64,000 nucleotides of DNA from Lepidodermella squamata (taxonomy: Eukaryota; Animalia; Gastrotricha): NCBI GenBank assembly GCA_047495785.1, contig JBLDXI010000020.1, positions 2,852,001 to 2,916,000 on the forward strand, in the 5' to 3' direction. A program made the translations under genes and the position numbers. How positions within the stretch are numbered: the stretch's first letter is position 1; each line of letters opens with the position of its first letter. Positions 1 to 11,851 of this stretch are shown here, piece after piece. Under the pieces are notes generated by a model. That model was not told the DNA's origin. It did no database searches and saw only the letters and a list, made by a program, of their open reading frames with translations.

Positions 1-315
1 TCCGCTTGGCTAACAACTTTGGTTGCGTTGAATTTGGTTCTTATTATGATATCCTGTCTGGCGACTTTTAAAATGCGGCACTCTAGGAATTGCGCCGTTG
101 AAAGTAATGAAATAGCATTAGCCGTTTGTTTCCTGGCTTCGATATTTTCAGCGACCCTCTTAATTCTGCTTATTCTGGGTGATGTCTATCGTCAACAGTC
201 GACTGTTGCGATTACTTCGCTTATCGTCTCAATGGTGATGAGCGCCACCTGGTTGAGCGGAAATGTGAAACACTTAATCGCGCATTTATCGCCGAAAATA
301 TTCTATCGCGCGTGA
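1..315 (+). CDS. 3' end (TM5-TM7) of a C-subtype GABA-B-like class C GPCR, truncated by the window edge
   Basis: ATFKMRHSRNCAVESNEIALAVCFLASIF...LGDVYRQQ aligns with the C-terminus of the 20581-22923 receptor. Confidence 0.75.
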   Translation, partial: SAWLTTLVALNLVLIMISCLATFKMRHSRNCAVESNEIALAVCFLASIFSATLLILLILGDVYRQQSTVAITSLIVSMVMSATWLSGNVKHLIAHLSPKIFYRA

Positions 316-808
316 GTGAAAAACCTGGCGTTGACAATCTGATACTCTTGATACTCTTCAGATTGTGTCAGAATGTCTGTGCAAGTGTGCATCACAGCGG
401 AAGCTATAGGACCTATCGTGCGGAGATTCTAATTTCAACTAAGATAAAATCTAATTCAATACTGTGCTCTGATATGGATAACTATATACCATTGTCTTTA
501 AGAGTAGGATACCTGTGGGATTAAAAATTTGTTGAAAGGTTCATCGATTTAAATTCAACACGATGTTACTTCCGTGAATGAAATGAAAAATAAAAATAAA
601 TGACTCAACTAGCAGCTCTAGCCGTGAGACCCACAGTAAGTCTCATTGCTCCAGCGATATTCCCGCTGAGCAGCCTGAAGTGACATAGGTGTTTACTTGA
701 CAGGATCCGGATCCAGGAATGAAATTTCAGTTTGCTGACGAAGATCATTTGATGCTGGCAGGCGTCTTCCACGTAGATTTACAATTTGAAGCTCTTTCTT
801 TTGAAAAA

Positions 809-3196
809 ATGAAGATGAAACTTATTCAAACAGTCGCCTTGCTTGCTTTTCTTTGCAGTGCTCAAACTCTCAGCGGTGCTAAGTTGAAGCGATTGAGGAT
901 AATGGTTACATACCCCATAACCGGAGCAATTATCCGAATTGTCGATCGCCTCTATGGCTACAACGTTCTGCTTGACATCGCTAACAATAGGAGTGACATT
1001 CTACCAGGTTATAAGCTCGAGGTCGAATACGGCGATGAGACTGGTAGCGGAAATAATGCTCCCACTGCTGTTATGGGTTGGCTGAGGAAGATGGAGACTA
1101 CAAAGGAGCCTGATCTAAACCCATCTCCTATAACTCTTGCTGCAGCGAACGGCAACGGCTGCAAAGGTTTAGGTGTATTCATTCATCACGTCAATTTAGT
1201 GACGGTCTCAGGAACTTGCACAGCCTCATATCTGGCTGAAAGAAACAGGTACCCCAATTTGTATCTAACCATGCCAGTTGCAGGACTCAGAAACTACGGT
1301 TACGTTCGATTTGTGCGTGAAGTTGGCAGATGGAATCGCTTGGGACTGATAGCCACGCCTGATAGCTCCAATGATTTCAGTGCTGCTCTCTCTTTTCATA
1401 GAATTGCAACCCAACAGGGTACAGAATTCGCATGGCTAGACGCGCCGATAAACTTTGATTTGGAGCGAGCTAATTCCCTGAAACAAAGCGATGCGAGAAT
1501 CATTGTAGCAATGACGTCACAGCGCGCCGTTGTTATACAGTTTCATTGCGTAGCTTATCAAGCTGGCATTACGGGTCCACGGTATATTTTCATAACTTTC
1601 GACAATGCTTTTGCGAATCCTGCAACTCTGACTGACGACGCGATACCGTTTGGTTGCTCACGCTCAATTATCTACAAGCAGCTGAAACAAACCTACTGGA
1701 TGGTCAATTTGGATGGGATGGTCGACCTTACTCAACGAAGTTCTCTCGGTCTGACGAGAGCTGACTTGGACAATCTCATCTGGATGTATAAAAACTCGTC
1801 GATTCCAGGTCCTGATTACGACTCACGACTACCTCATCTTGACGCCATGATGCACATAATTCTGGCGCTGAATAAAACTGAAGCCATGCTCAACGCAGAG
1901 AATCTAACACTTAGTGACTATAAAACGAATGGCAGCCGGATTATGCAGCTAGCGAATCGCTCGGTGCTAACAACTGACTACTTTGGTCTGAGAACTCCAA
2001 GAGTGCGTTACGATTCGAATGGCCAACTGTTCGGGATACCAGGTTTCATCAGCTACTGGACGCCAGAAAAATCATTTGAAAAAGTGGTCCAAATCGATCA
2101 GTTTGAAAACAGTTCCTCGGAATCGTATGATGCGTATTCGATAAAACCACTGGCGCGGATCCTATGGCCGAGTGAAGACGGAAATTCTCCGCGAGATTCC
2201 CGACAAGTCGTCACGGAAATTCTCGAACCAAGTCGAGCTTTTCTGATCGCAGTATCATGTTTCGCAGCGATTATCGCTGCCGCCCAATTAACAAGTCTAA
2301 TTGCATTATTTAAGCAGCGAAACGTAGCACCTCTTTCGTACTCAATGCTTGAAATCAAAATGCTAGGAATCCTGGGCTGTTTGATTCTCGATGCTGCAGC
2401 TATTTTCCATTCATTGAAAACCAGTGATTTTCACTATTTGGGTGGGCTTAGAATAATTTCGGTAGCGGTCGCATTCTCACTTGTTACGCCGGCTGTGTTT
2501 CTGAGACCCGTCTTCCATCTAACGGATGCTAGTACACCCTCTGGTAATCTTACAACCTCGCAAAGAGGTAACGCTCTTAATATTCAACAGAAGAAGAGCA
2601 GTGCACTATTTATTAGTGGCACGTCTAGCATGAAAAGTCCTGGTGCCAGAATGTACGGTCCCCCAGATCTCAACTATTCCCAGCTTGCAAATGAGCAAAA
2701 CTTTCCTAAGAAGAAGCTGAAAGCTTTGAAGATTTTTGCTGGGATATTCACGGTTGTAATCAGCGTTCTAATTGCCTGGCTAACACGTTCCGATCTGAAA
2801 TGTAAGCTGACCCTTGTCCACACTCCAATCTATGACCTGGCAGGGGATACTGAGTATATCACCTATGTTACGTCTTGCACTACGGCAAATCACTCAGCAT
2901 GGTTACTAGCTTTGGTCGCATCTCACCTGCTTCTGGTTGGAATTTCGTGCTTAGCCGCTTTCAAAATGCGGCACAAGCGGGGTCGCGCTGTTGAAAGTAA
3001 CCAAATTACGCTCGCAGTTTGCTTTTTGGCTTCAACCCTTGTGGCTTCAGTCTTATTGCTTGTAATTCTTGGCGACGCGTATCGTCAGCAGCTTGCAGTA
3101 GCTATACTAGCGCTGATAATTTCTGCGGTTATTAGTGTGACTTGGATGATTGGAAATGTAAATAAGTTGACTTCGTCTGGGATATCCAATAGATAG
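809..3196 (+). CDS. GABA-B-like class C GPCR, subtype B copy 1 (signal peptide, Venus flytrap domain, 7TM; intronless)
   Basis: Signal peptide MKMKLIQTVALLAFL; DIANNRSDILPGYKL, RYPNLYLTMP and LKQSDARIIV VFT motifs; WPSEDGNSPRD stalk with no Cys-rich domain; seven hydrophobic segments. ATG 809 is preferred over 719 because the paralog starts there. Confidence 0.85.
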   Translation: MKMKLIQTVALLAFLCSAQTLSGAKLKRLRIMVTYPITGAIIRIVDRLYGYNVLLDIANNRSDILPGYKLEVEYGDETGSGNNAPTAVMGWLRKMETTKEPDLNPSPITLAAANGNGCKGLGVFIHHVNLVTVSGTCTASYLAERNRYPNLYLTMPVAGLRNYGYVRFVREVGRWNRLGLIATPDSSNDFSAALSFHRIATQQGTEFAWLDAPINFDLERANSLKQSDARIIVAMTSQRAVVIQFHCVAYQAGITGPRYIFITFDNAFANPATLTDDAIPFGCSRSIIYKQLKQTYWMVNLDGMVDLTQRSSLGLTRADLDNLIWMYKNSSIPGPDYDSRLPHLDAMMHIILALNKTEAMLNAENLTLSDYKTNGSRIMQLANRSVLTTDYFGLRTPRVRYDSNGQLFGIPGFISYWTPEKSFEKVVQIDQFENSSSESYDAYSIKPLARILWPSEDGNSPRDSRQVVTEILEPSRAFLIAVSCFAAIIAAAQLTSLIALFKQRNVAPLSYSMLEIKMLGILGCLILDAAAIFHSLKTSDFHYLGGLRIISVAVAFSLVTPAVFLRPVFHLTDASTPSGNLTTSQRGNALNIQQKKSSALFISGTSSMKSPGARMYGPPDLNYSQLANEQNFPKKKLKALKIFAGIFTVVISVLIAWLTRSDLKCKLTLVHTPIYDLAGDTEYITYVTSCTTANHSAWLLALVASHLLLVGISCLAAFKMRHKRGRAVESNQITLAVCFLASTLVASVLLLVILGDAYRQQLAVAILALIISAVISVTWMIGNVNKLTSSGISNR

Positions 3197-3674
3197 TCCA
3201 GATGTACCCATATCTCTTTGTTTTATTCAGAATTTCTGAGAGAGTCATGAAATAAAATTTGAGCAGAAGTCCGCAAAAGGACTGAAATGGAGGCCCATTT
3301 CTGAAAAGGGTCGCATGCCGGCAATTGTTTTGTAAAAGTTCAAGAAAATGAACTATCATATTCGTTCGTGAGACGCGTTCGTGCTGCATGGAATCATTTA
3401 CCTTATACTATTATTGGCTTATCGTATTCATTAATTACGTGAAAAAGAATGCCGATGATTTGCGAAAATATAGAATTGTCCCCAAAAATATAGGTTGAGT
3501 AGCTTGGCCAATTCGTTATTTTACGGTATATATAGTAAAATCATTTACAGAAATTCCGATAATTCAAGGTTGCACCAAGTTGGCGCAATTTTCCCAGTCG
3601 AGATGAATGAGCTTTTCTTATGAGATTCAGCTTACCTTGTTACCTCGAAGGCCGATGATGAGGAAAATTATTCA

Positions 3675-5541
3675 GAGAAAACCTTTTATAGGTATACTGT
3701 GTTATATACAAACTATAACATTGCCTTTGAGACACAGGATTATAAATTATTAAGTTTATAATTTGATGAGATTAATTGATGAATTAATTGCTTGATTGAT
3801 TGATTAGTTAGCGTCTTTGAGTAGGTTGGCTATTTGAGTAAAGATGATTATTCAGGATCCTAATGCTATCCTTAAGGATTTGATGGGCCATATCAACAGC
3901 TGTACTGCTGCTGATTCCGTAATCTTGAAGTAATTGGATCGCTTCTTTGGTTAGCGAGCCCCGTGTGCCGATATAAAGGCCGTGTACTTCTATCGAGTCC
4001 AAATCAAAGGCTTCGCAGATGAACTTGCTACACGGCTCGTAGATCGAACGCTTCTCAATGTCGACATCTCCGAATTGACCTTCTGATGATTCAAATCTAA
4101 TCGTGGGGTCGATGATTGCTCCATGTCTGCTTCCTCTTCGAAATGCCAATATATCAAAACGCCGAGAGGATCCGTTTTCGGCTATACAGTGTCCCTCTTC
4201 AGTGACGTTGTATCCTTGGCGTCGTAGTTCCAAAGCAATCTTCTGGCGGATTTTGTTGTGCCTCGACGTTATCAGCAGCGAGTTAAAGGGGCAGGCGCCC
4301 AGAACGTGTGCTAGGGATTCAATCTCAGCGCCGCATCGGCGGCACTGGCGTCCGTCCTGGCTGACACCCGGTACACCTCTAACTGGAGCCGTGTTAGTCG
4401 ACATTTTCAAAGCCATCGTCCATTCCGCAACACTAAGTCCATTTCTTCGCAGTACCCAGTTGTTTGTTTTCGGTACGCATTTAAACTGTGAAACTCCTCT
4501 TCCTTTTTGATCAAGGTTACACCATGATTGGAATTCCTTCATTCGTAGGCCGTTTCGAATCATTTTTACATTGGGCGGTAGAATCCTTTCAGTGTCTTCT
4601 GTGTAATTTCCTTCCGAGTCACCATCCGAGCCTTCATTCAAATCAGTTTCTGTTAAGTCAACTCCGACTCTAGCGAGACAGTCTGCCATTTCCGATTCAA
4701 GGTCCCTACATGCAAGTACAAGTGGCTCGCCGTTGATCAACAGCTTTCTGCAGATATTGTAAATTTGTAAATATGCTTCCCAGGACGCTTTTGGTAAACC
4801 GAGACCGCGGTGTTTCCGGGCAGAATAAAAGAAACTTGAAGGCGTGCTGGTTGGAAGTCCAATGAATTCTTTAACCACACTTCGCAAAATTGTATCGACA
4901 GAATCAAGGAACGTTTTCCTTATAGCTTTTGCAGGAGCGGTTTGAAAAGGATATATTAGTTTAGGCCATATAAATTGGGTCAATATAGTCAGTTTCTGGT
5001 CGGCGTGAAGAAGATTTGACTTTGCCAACAGTTCGAGCTGGTCTTTGAGTTCTGAGATAACAGCCCCCTCGTCAAAAACTATTTCATCTTTGAACGTGAC
5101 ACCCAAATATTTTATAGTTTCTTCTTCATCGATGGCAGGTATCAAGTCTCCATTGCTCAATATCAACGGCTCTGAATTAAGAACGCCATCTTCAACAATT
5201 ATGGCGACACACTTTTTGACATTGACCTCCAAACCAATCTGCGAAAACAAATTTCTTGCCATGTCAACGAGGTATGCAGCCGATTCGCGGCTGTTTCCGA
5301 TAGGGGTTGTGTCATCGGCAAATCCAAGAACCGATACATTCGGTAGATCAGACGACAATTTGAAGCCATAAGCGTCAGCAACTTCACGTTCGGATAATTC
5401 ACGAAGGACATAATCAATGCAGAGATTAAATATCGTAGGTGATATCGGCGACCCTTGCATCACTCCGCGTTCAAACGTTATTTTAGATGTCCTGAGTCCG
5501 TTTGCTTTGATATGAGTCCGTTTCATATTGAAAAATGGCAA
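3675..5541 (-). mobile_element. 5'-truncated non-LTR retrotransposon with restriction-like endonuclease (R2/NeSL/R4-type superfamily); ORF 3808-5541
   Basis: RT motifs RGVMQGSPISP, FADD and YLG; CCHC knuckle CRRC..HVLGAC; RHN; RRFD..IIDPTIRFE..EKRSIY. The 3' end is defined by identity with the copy at 44064-45131. Confidence 0.9.
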
Positions 5542-6959
5542 TAGCTACTAAAAATCCCCGGCATCAATAGAACGCTTCGTGATAATGCCATTCAAAAGGT
5601 AATGCGACATGGTTTCAAATAAAATGTGAATTAATTATCCATCGAAGGAGCTGTTTCATGCACAGTTATCTCCTAGCTCCTAGCTAACATTCAAGTATTC
5701 AACACGCTGTATATGAGTTAACCACCTGTCGAGTGTAGTAGTCAAACGCCCCTCTTTTCTTCGCATGAGAATGGTATAATAATCTTTACGGTTTCTGTCA
5801 TGAGACGTACTATAGGACGCCGCGGTTTGCAGAAAATCAGAAAAAAGTATTTTTAATGAGGTTCAAAGTCGAACTCGAATGAATCATCGTTAAACTTTCA
5901 ATGTTATCTAAGGTGGGTACACCTACATTAGGCAGCAACCAATTATAGGGCACAACCGGAATAAAGGGCAGAGGGTAATGGTCATTTGAAATAAAAGGCA
6001 GAACCGCATTAATAGGCAGGGCCCTGTATGACGTGGCTTGCATGAGCGCCTGATGGGTAAGTGGTTGAAGCTGGCGGTGGTTGAGATTTTTCGTCAGTCA
6101 CTAACCATCCTTAATCCACTTGAGCAAACTCTTCACACATGTAGTCACAGGTGGAAGGGAGTAACTATAGTGGTTATTCGGCGGTTTTAGCTGTGGATCT
6201 CTTAGATCGTAGGTACTCTTCAGACTGACTTATTAGGTTCAAAAAAATAAAGGACAAACCCTAAATACAAGGCAGGACTTGAACCCCGTTAGAAAAAAAT
6301 AAAGGTCAGTGTCTTATAATTAATAAAATACGGTAATTGGAATGTTCTCAGGCCTTGTCAAATTTCAAAGCTTAGCAGCTCGAAGCTCGAAGTCATATGA
6401 TAAATCGAAGTCAATCTAAATATCAAGCTGATTTCTTGAAAAGGCTGATTACAGTGATGTTCAGGTTGTTCGGCGAGAGTCGCAGCGGAAGCTGGCAAAC
6501 CTTCAAGGCATTGACGCTGAACAAGTGCCGGGTGGACTCAGTGGAAGTTTCAAGAAGACAAGAAGGACAAGAAGGTTTTAACGGCAACAAGCGCACCGCC
6601 TGCCCCACTTTTCTTTTTATATTCACCGGCGCGGTCCTGCTCATTTCGTTGTTGCGTATCGACGAGTACGCCTAATACCTTTTGTGATACATCGTCTAGA
6701 CCAAAATTTCACGAGGAATCGAATGGCAGCTTTAGTTTTGTTGCGGCGAACATTGGTGAAAAGGAATTAACGGTTAAATTGATGCAAAATCCAATTTTTC
6801 AAAAAAATATGTTCACCTTTTTCTGCCCACATGGTCACCTCCATTAATAGAATCGAAGATAAAAGTGACAGCACTGAATAATGCAGGTGTAACACATACA
6901 GTGAGAACTTGGAATATCTACGGTGGAAGACACACATTTTAGCTGGTTCAGCTATGTAT

Positions 6960-7383
6960 AGCCAAAACGCGATCCGGCGGTTTTTAAAGCTGGAAAAAAA
7001 TGGAACTGGGCGGTTTCGGTTCGGAAAAAACCGGTTAGAACCGGCGGTTTTTTGGAACCGGAACATCTCTACTTAATTGGGAAACTTAATTGGGATCGGA
7101 AGTAACACTGATTGGGTCCAATTGGCCAACAATGCTAAAAATTTGTAGTCCGGGGTAGAATTTCACGCTGAAGACGCTGGGACCGTTTGTTTCTTTGCCT
7201 GAGCAACGGATTATCGAGTATCGATTATCGATTATCGGTTATTAATTATGAATGATCAATTCCATCTTAAATAGCGGAACCCGCGGTTAACCGCCGGTTA
7301 AACCGAAAAAGCCGGGTTACACCTCAAAAAGTCCGGAACCGAACCGAACCGTACAGATTAAAAATGGAACCGGAACATCTCTA
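6960..7383. mobile_element. Remnants of hAT-like MITE(s): two same-orientation termini
   Basis: GGAACCGGAACATCTCTA ends at 7071 and 7383 (reverse complement TAGAGATG...), with AACCG-rich subterminal repeats. Confidence 0.55.
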
Positions 7384-7695
7384 CTGGCTAACGACTTTGA
7401 TAGCGTTGAATTTGATTTTTATCGTGATATCCTGTCTGGCGACTTTTAAAATGCGGCACTCTAGGAATTGCGCCGTTGAAAGTAATGAAATAGCATTGGC
7501 CGTTTGTTTCCTGTCTTCGATGTTCTCAGCGACCCTCTTAATTCTGCTTATTTTGGGCGATGTCTATTGTCAAAAGTTGAGACTGTTGCTATTACTTCGC
7601 TTATTGTCTCAATTGTGATGAGCGCCGCGGAGTTGAGCGGAAATGCGAAACACTTAATCGCGCAGAAATCACCGAAAATATTCTATCGCGCATGA
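7384..7695 (+). pseudogene. Frameshifted 3' fragment of a C-subtype GPCR
   Basis: Near copy of 6-315 with a 2-bp insertion near 7578; 5' side is cut at the hAT-like terminus. Confidence 0.8.
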
Positions 7696-8121
7696 CTGAA
7701 AAACCTGGCGAGGAAAATTTGATACTCGCCGTGTTCAGATTGTTTCAGATTGCTCGCAAGACGCAAGAAACTATTGAACCTTACCGTGCAGAGAGTGTAA
7801 TTTCAACTCGAATGATCCTAAATAGAATATTCAATTGTCCATAACATAGTTGTTTACCTGTGTGGGATGAACAATTTGTTGAAGTTTTCATCGATTAAAA
7901 CTCAACACGATGTTACCTCTACGAATAAAATGAAAAATAGCAATAAATGACTGAACTAGCAGCTTTAACGATATTCTCGCTGAGCCGCTTGAAGACACCT
8001 GGGTGTTTACTAGACAGGATACGGATCCAGGGGTGAAATTTCAGTATGCTGACAAGAATCATTTGATGCTGGCAGGAATCATCACTGTAGATTTTCCCTT
8101 TCAAGCTCATTCTAGCGAAAA

Positions 8122-11100
8122 ATGAAGATGAAATTTGTTAACGCCGTCGCCTTGCTTGCTTTTCTTTGCAATGCTCAGATTATCAGCGGTGCCAAGCTGA
8201 AGCGATTGAGGATAATGGTTACATACCCCATAACCGGAGCAATCATCCGAATGGTCGATCGCCTCACTGGATTCAATATCCTGCTTGACATCGCCAATAA
8301 CAGGAGTGACATTTTACCGGATTATAAACTCGAGGTCGAATACGGCGATGAGTCTGCAGGTGGTAATAATGCCCCAGCTGCTGTCATGGGTTGGCTGAGG
8401 AAGATGGAGACAACAAAGGAGCCTGATCTCAGCCCATCTCCTATAACGCTTGCTGCAGCGAACAGCAATGGCTGTAAAGGTATAGGTGCATTCATACATC
8501 ACGTCAATCTAGTGACGGTCTCAGGAACCTGCACAGCCTCTTATTTAGCTGAAAGAAGCAGATACCCTAATTTGTACCTAACCATGCCAGTTGCAGGACC
8601 GAAACAGTACGGCTACGTTCGATTTGTACGTGATATTGGTAAATGGAGTCGCTTGGGACTAGTAGCCACGCCTGATAGCTCTAATGATTTCAACACTGCT
8701 ATCTTTTTCCATAAAATAGCAACTCAGCAGGGTGTAGTATTTGCGTGGTTCGACGCGCCCATTAAGTTTGATTTGGAGCGAGCTAATTCCCTAAAACAAA
8801 GCGATGCGAGAATCATTGTAGTGATGTCGTCACAGCGCGCCGTTTTTATACAGTTTCAATGCGTGACCTATCACGCTGGCATTACGGGTCCACGATATAT
8901 TTTCATAACTTTTGACAATGCCATTGCAAATCCTACTTCAATACCTGACGACGCAATACCTTTTGGGTGCTCGCGCTCAATTATCTCCCAGCAGATGAAA
9001 CAAACCTACTGGACACTAGTAAAAATAAGTTATTAGCTAGCAGGGCTAGCTAGCCGCTAGCTAGCTCACTGTTTCAGCACTATGTATAAGGTGGGATATC
9101 TAGCGCGCAATGAAAAGTTGCTAGCTAACGGATCAAGTTGCTAAATAGCGCAACGCTTAGACGCGAATATTGACAAGCTGCTATAGAGAGCTACCTAGCA
9201 GGTTATTTCGTAATCTAGCTGCTAGCTAGCATATGATCGTGCCTCAATGCGCTATCTAGCAGGACCTGAAATTCAAATACTTCCCGCCAACCGCCATTTT
9301 GGATTTTCACCTGCTAGCTAGCCCAAAAATTCAAATTTTTAAGCTAGCTAGCCCAAATATTTGAATTTTCAAGCTAGCTAGCGCACATCTCTCGCACAGC
9401 AGAACTTGAATGCCTTGACATTGTTACATTTTCTCATTTCAACAAGTCAACTTAAACTTAGAGCATCAGAACTCCGGCTAGGTATTGCGGTTACTTTCTC
9501 TGTTTTCCCGCCCGTTTTCATACGAATTAATGTATCGATATTTGTATTTTTTAGATCATAGCTACGATAAAAGTTTAACATCAAACGCGACGCGGCCAGC
9601 AGCCAAGGATCGCTCTATGAACTGGTTTTTACATCGCTTTCATCTTTTATTTCAGTAACAAAGTAAGTAACAGTTATTTGATAATTGCTGAAATATAATT
9701 TTCTTGCCTGTTTTTAGTTCTTGCAACAAGCTGTTTGATCCTATGCAATATCAATAGATGCGCTATACTAGCCGCGGTGGCTGTTCAAATTCTAATACTG
9801 CTGCCTAACTGCTCTCGTCGACTATCGTTATCTTCGGCCATTTAGTATTTTTGTTATTGCTTCTATGTCATGTTAACGATCGTTCTCGAGTGCTATGTTA
9901 TGCTTCTGAAATTACCAAGTTGTTTTTTTGCGCTAATGACAAATGAATACATGCTATCTAATAAAAAAGAAGGTTCAAAAATTGACTTGACTGTAATTAA
10001 CTCAAATTACGAGAAAACCAGGAAGGAGAGGATAGCGGGATGGCTAGCTAGCCATGAAAGTTATAAAACTAGCCAGTCCTGCCCTATTTAGCACCCAGTG
10101 CTATATAGTGGGATGGCTAATATAGCAGCCTGCTAGGCAACGAAGCTGCTACATAGCGCGCCTTGTTACTATTATCTAGCAACTTTCTACATAGAACATC
10201 GTGCGCTAGTTAGGGGGGCACCAGGCTTATATATAACGGGTTACTAGCTAGCAAGTGAAGTTTCTAGCTAGCGCAAGACGCTAAAACTAACTAGCAGCTT
10301 ATTTTTACTAGTGGATGGTAGATTTAGATGGGATGGTCGACCTAACACAAAAAAGTTCTTTTGGTCTGAATAGAGCAGAATTGGACAATCTCATCTGGAG
10401 GTATAAAAACTCCTCGATTCCGGGTCCTGATTACGACTCACGACTACCTCACCTTGATGCGATGATGCACATAATTCTGGCGCTGAACAAAACTGAAGTC
10501 ATGCTCAACTTAGAGAATCTAACACTTAGTGACTATAAAACGAATGGCAGCCGGACTATGCAGCTAGCGAATCGCTCGGTGCTAACAACTGAATACTTCG
10601 GCCTGAGAACTCCAAGAGTGCGATACGATTCGAATGGCCAACTGTTCGGCATACCAGGTTTCATCAGCTACTGGACGCCAGAAAAATCATTCGAAAAAGT
10701 GGTTCAAATCAATCAGTATGAGAACAGTTCCTCGGAATCCTATGATGCGTATTCAATAAAACCACTGGCGCGGATCCTTTGGCCGAGTGAAGACGGAAGT
10801 TCTCCGCGAGATTCCCGACAAGTCGTCACGGAAATTCTCGAACCAAGTCGAGCTTTTTTAATCGCAATATCTTGTTTCGCAGCGATTATCGCTGCCGCCC
10901 AATTAACAAGTCTAATTGCATTATTTAAGCAGCGAAACGTAGCACCTCTTTCGTACTCAATGTTTGAAATCAAAATGCTTGGAATTCTGGGTTGTTTGAT
11001 TCTCGATGTCGCAGCTATCTTCCATTCATTGAAAAGCAGTGATTGCTACTTTTTGGGCGTGCTAAGAATTATTTCGGTAGCGGTCGCATTCTCACTGGTT

Positions 11101-11823
11101 ACGCCGGCTGTGTTTCTGAGGCCCATCTTCCATCTAACGGATGCTAGTCCCGTCTCTGGTAATCTTTTAACCTCACAAAGAAGTAGCGCTTTTATGCAGC
11201 CCAAAAGGAGCAGTACACAATTTATCAGTGGTACGAAGTCGAGCATGAAAAGTCAATCCATTCCTGGTGGCGGAATGTACGGTCCCCCAGAGCTTAACTA
11301 TGCCCAGCTTGCGGATGAGCAAAATTTCGCAAAGAAGAAGCTGAATGCTTTGAAAATCTTTGCCGGATTATTCACGACTGTAAACAGCGTTCTAATTGCC
11401 TGGCTGACAAGTTCCGATTTAAAATGTAAGCTAATCCTTGTCCAAGCTCCATTATATGACCCGGCAATGGATACTGAGTATAACAGCTTTGTTACATCTT
11501 GCATTACGGCAAATATTTCAGCATGGTTACTTGCTTTAGTTGCTCTACACCTAATACTAGTCGCAATATCGTGTTTAGCCGCCTTCAAAATGCGACACAA
11601 GCGAGGTCGCGCCGTAGAGAGTAACCAAATTACTCTTGCAGTTTGCTTCTTGGCTTCAACCTTGGTAGCTTCAGTCTTATTGCTTGTCATTCTTGGCGAC
11701 GCGTATCGTCAGCAGCTTGCAGTAGCTATACTAGCGCTGATAATTTCTGCAGTTATTAGTGTGACTTGGATGATTGGAAATGTAAATAAGTTGACTTCCT
11801 CTGGGTTATCCAATAGATTATAG
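8122..11823 (+). CDS. GABA-B-like class C GPCR, subtype B copy 2, interrupted by a CACTA insertion (possibly spliced as join 8122-9018, 10312-11823)
   Basis: ORFs 8122-9036 and 10315-11823 are the two uninterrupted halves of a paralog of 809-3196; the junction is QTYW|MVDLDG. Confidence 0.8.
9014..10313. mobile_element. Non-autonomous CACTA/EnSpm-like DNA transposon, 1300 bp
   Basis: Perfect 16-bp TIR CACTAGTAAAAATAAG; 2-bp TSD GA (9012-9013, 10314-10315); many CTAGCTAG subterminal repeats; the empty site is seen in paralogs. Confidence 0.9.
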
Positions 11824-11851
11824 TCAAAAGGTATATAATATAGGTTTATTC

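Noticed and set aside
719-808. 30-aa N-terminal extension of receptor B1
   Set aside because: The ATG is not conserved in paralogs (GTG there), overlaps the putative initiator and would precede the signal peptide
4103-4510. 135-aa ORF duplicated at 44296-44703
   Set aside because: Antisense shadow of the duplicated retrotransposon
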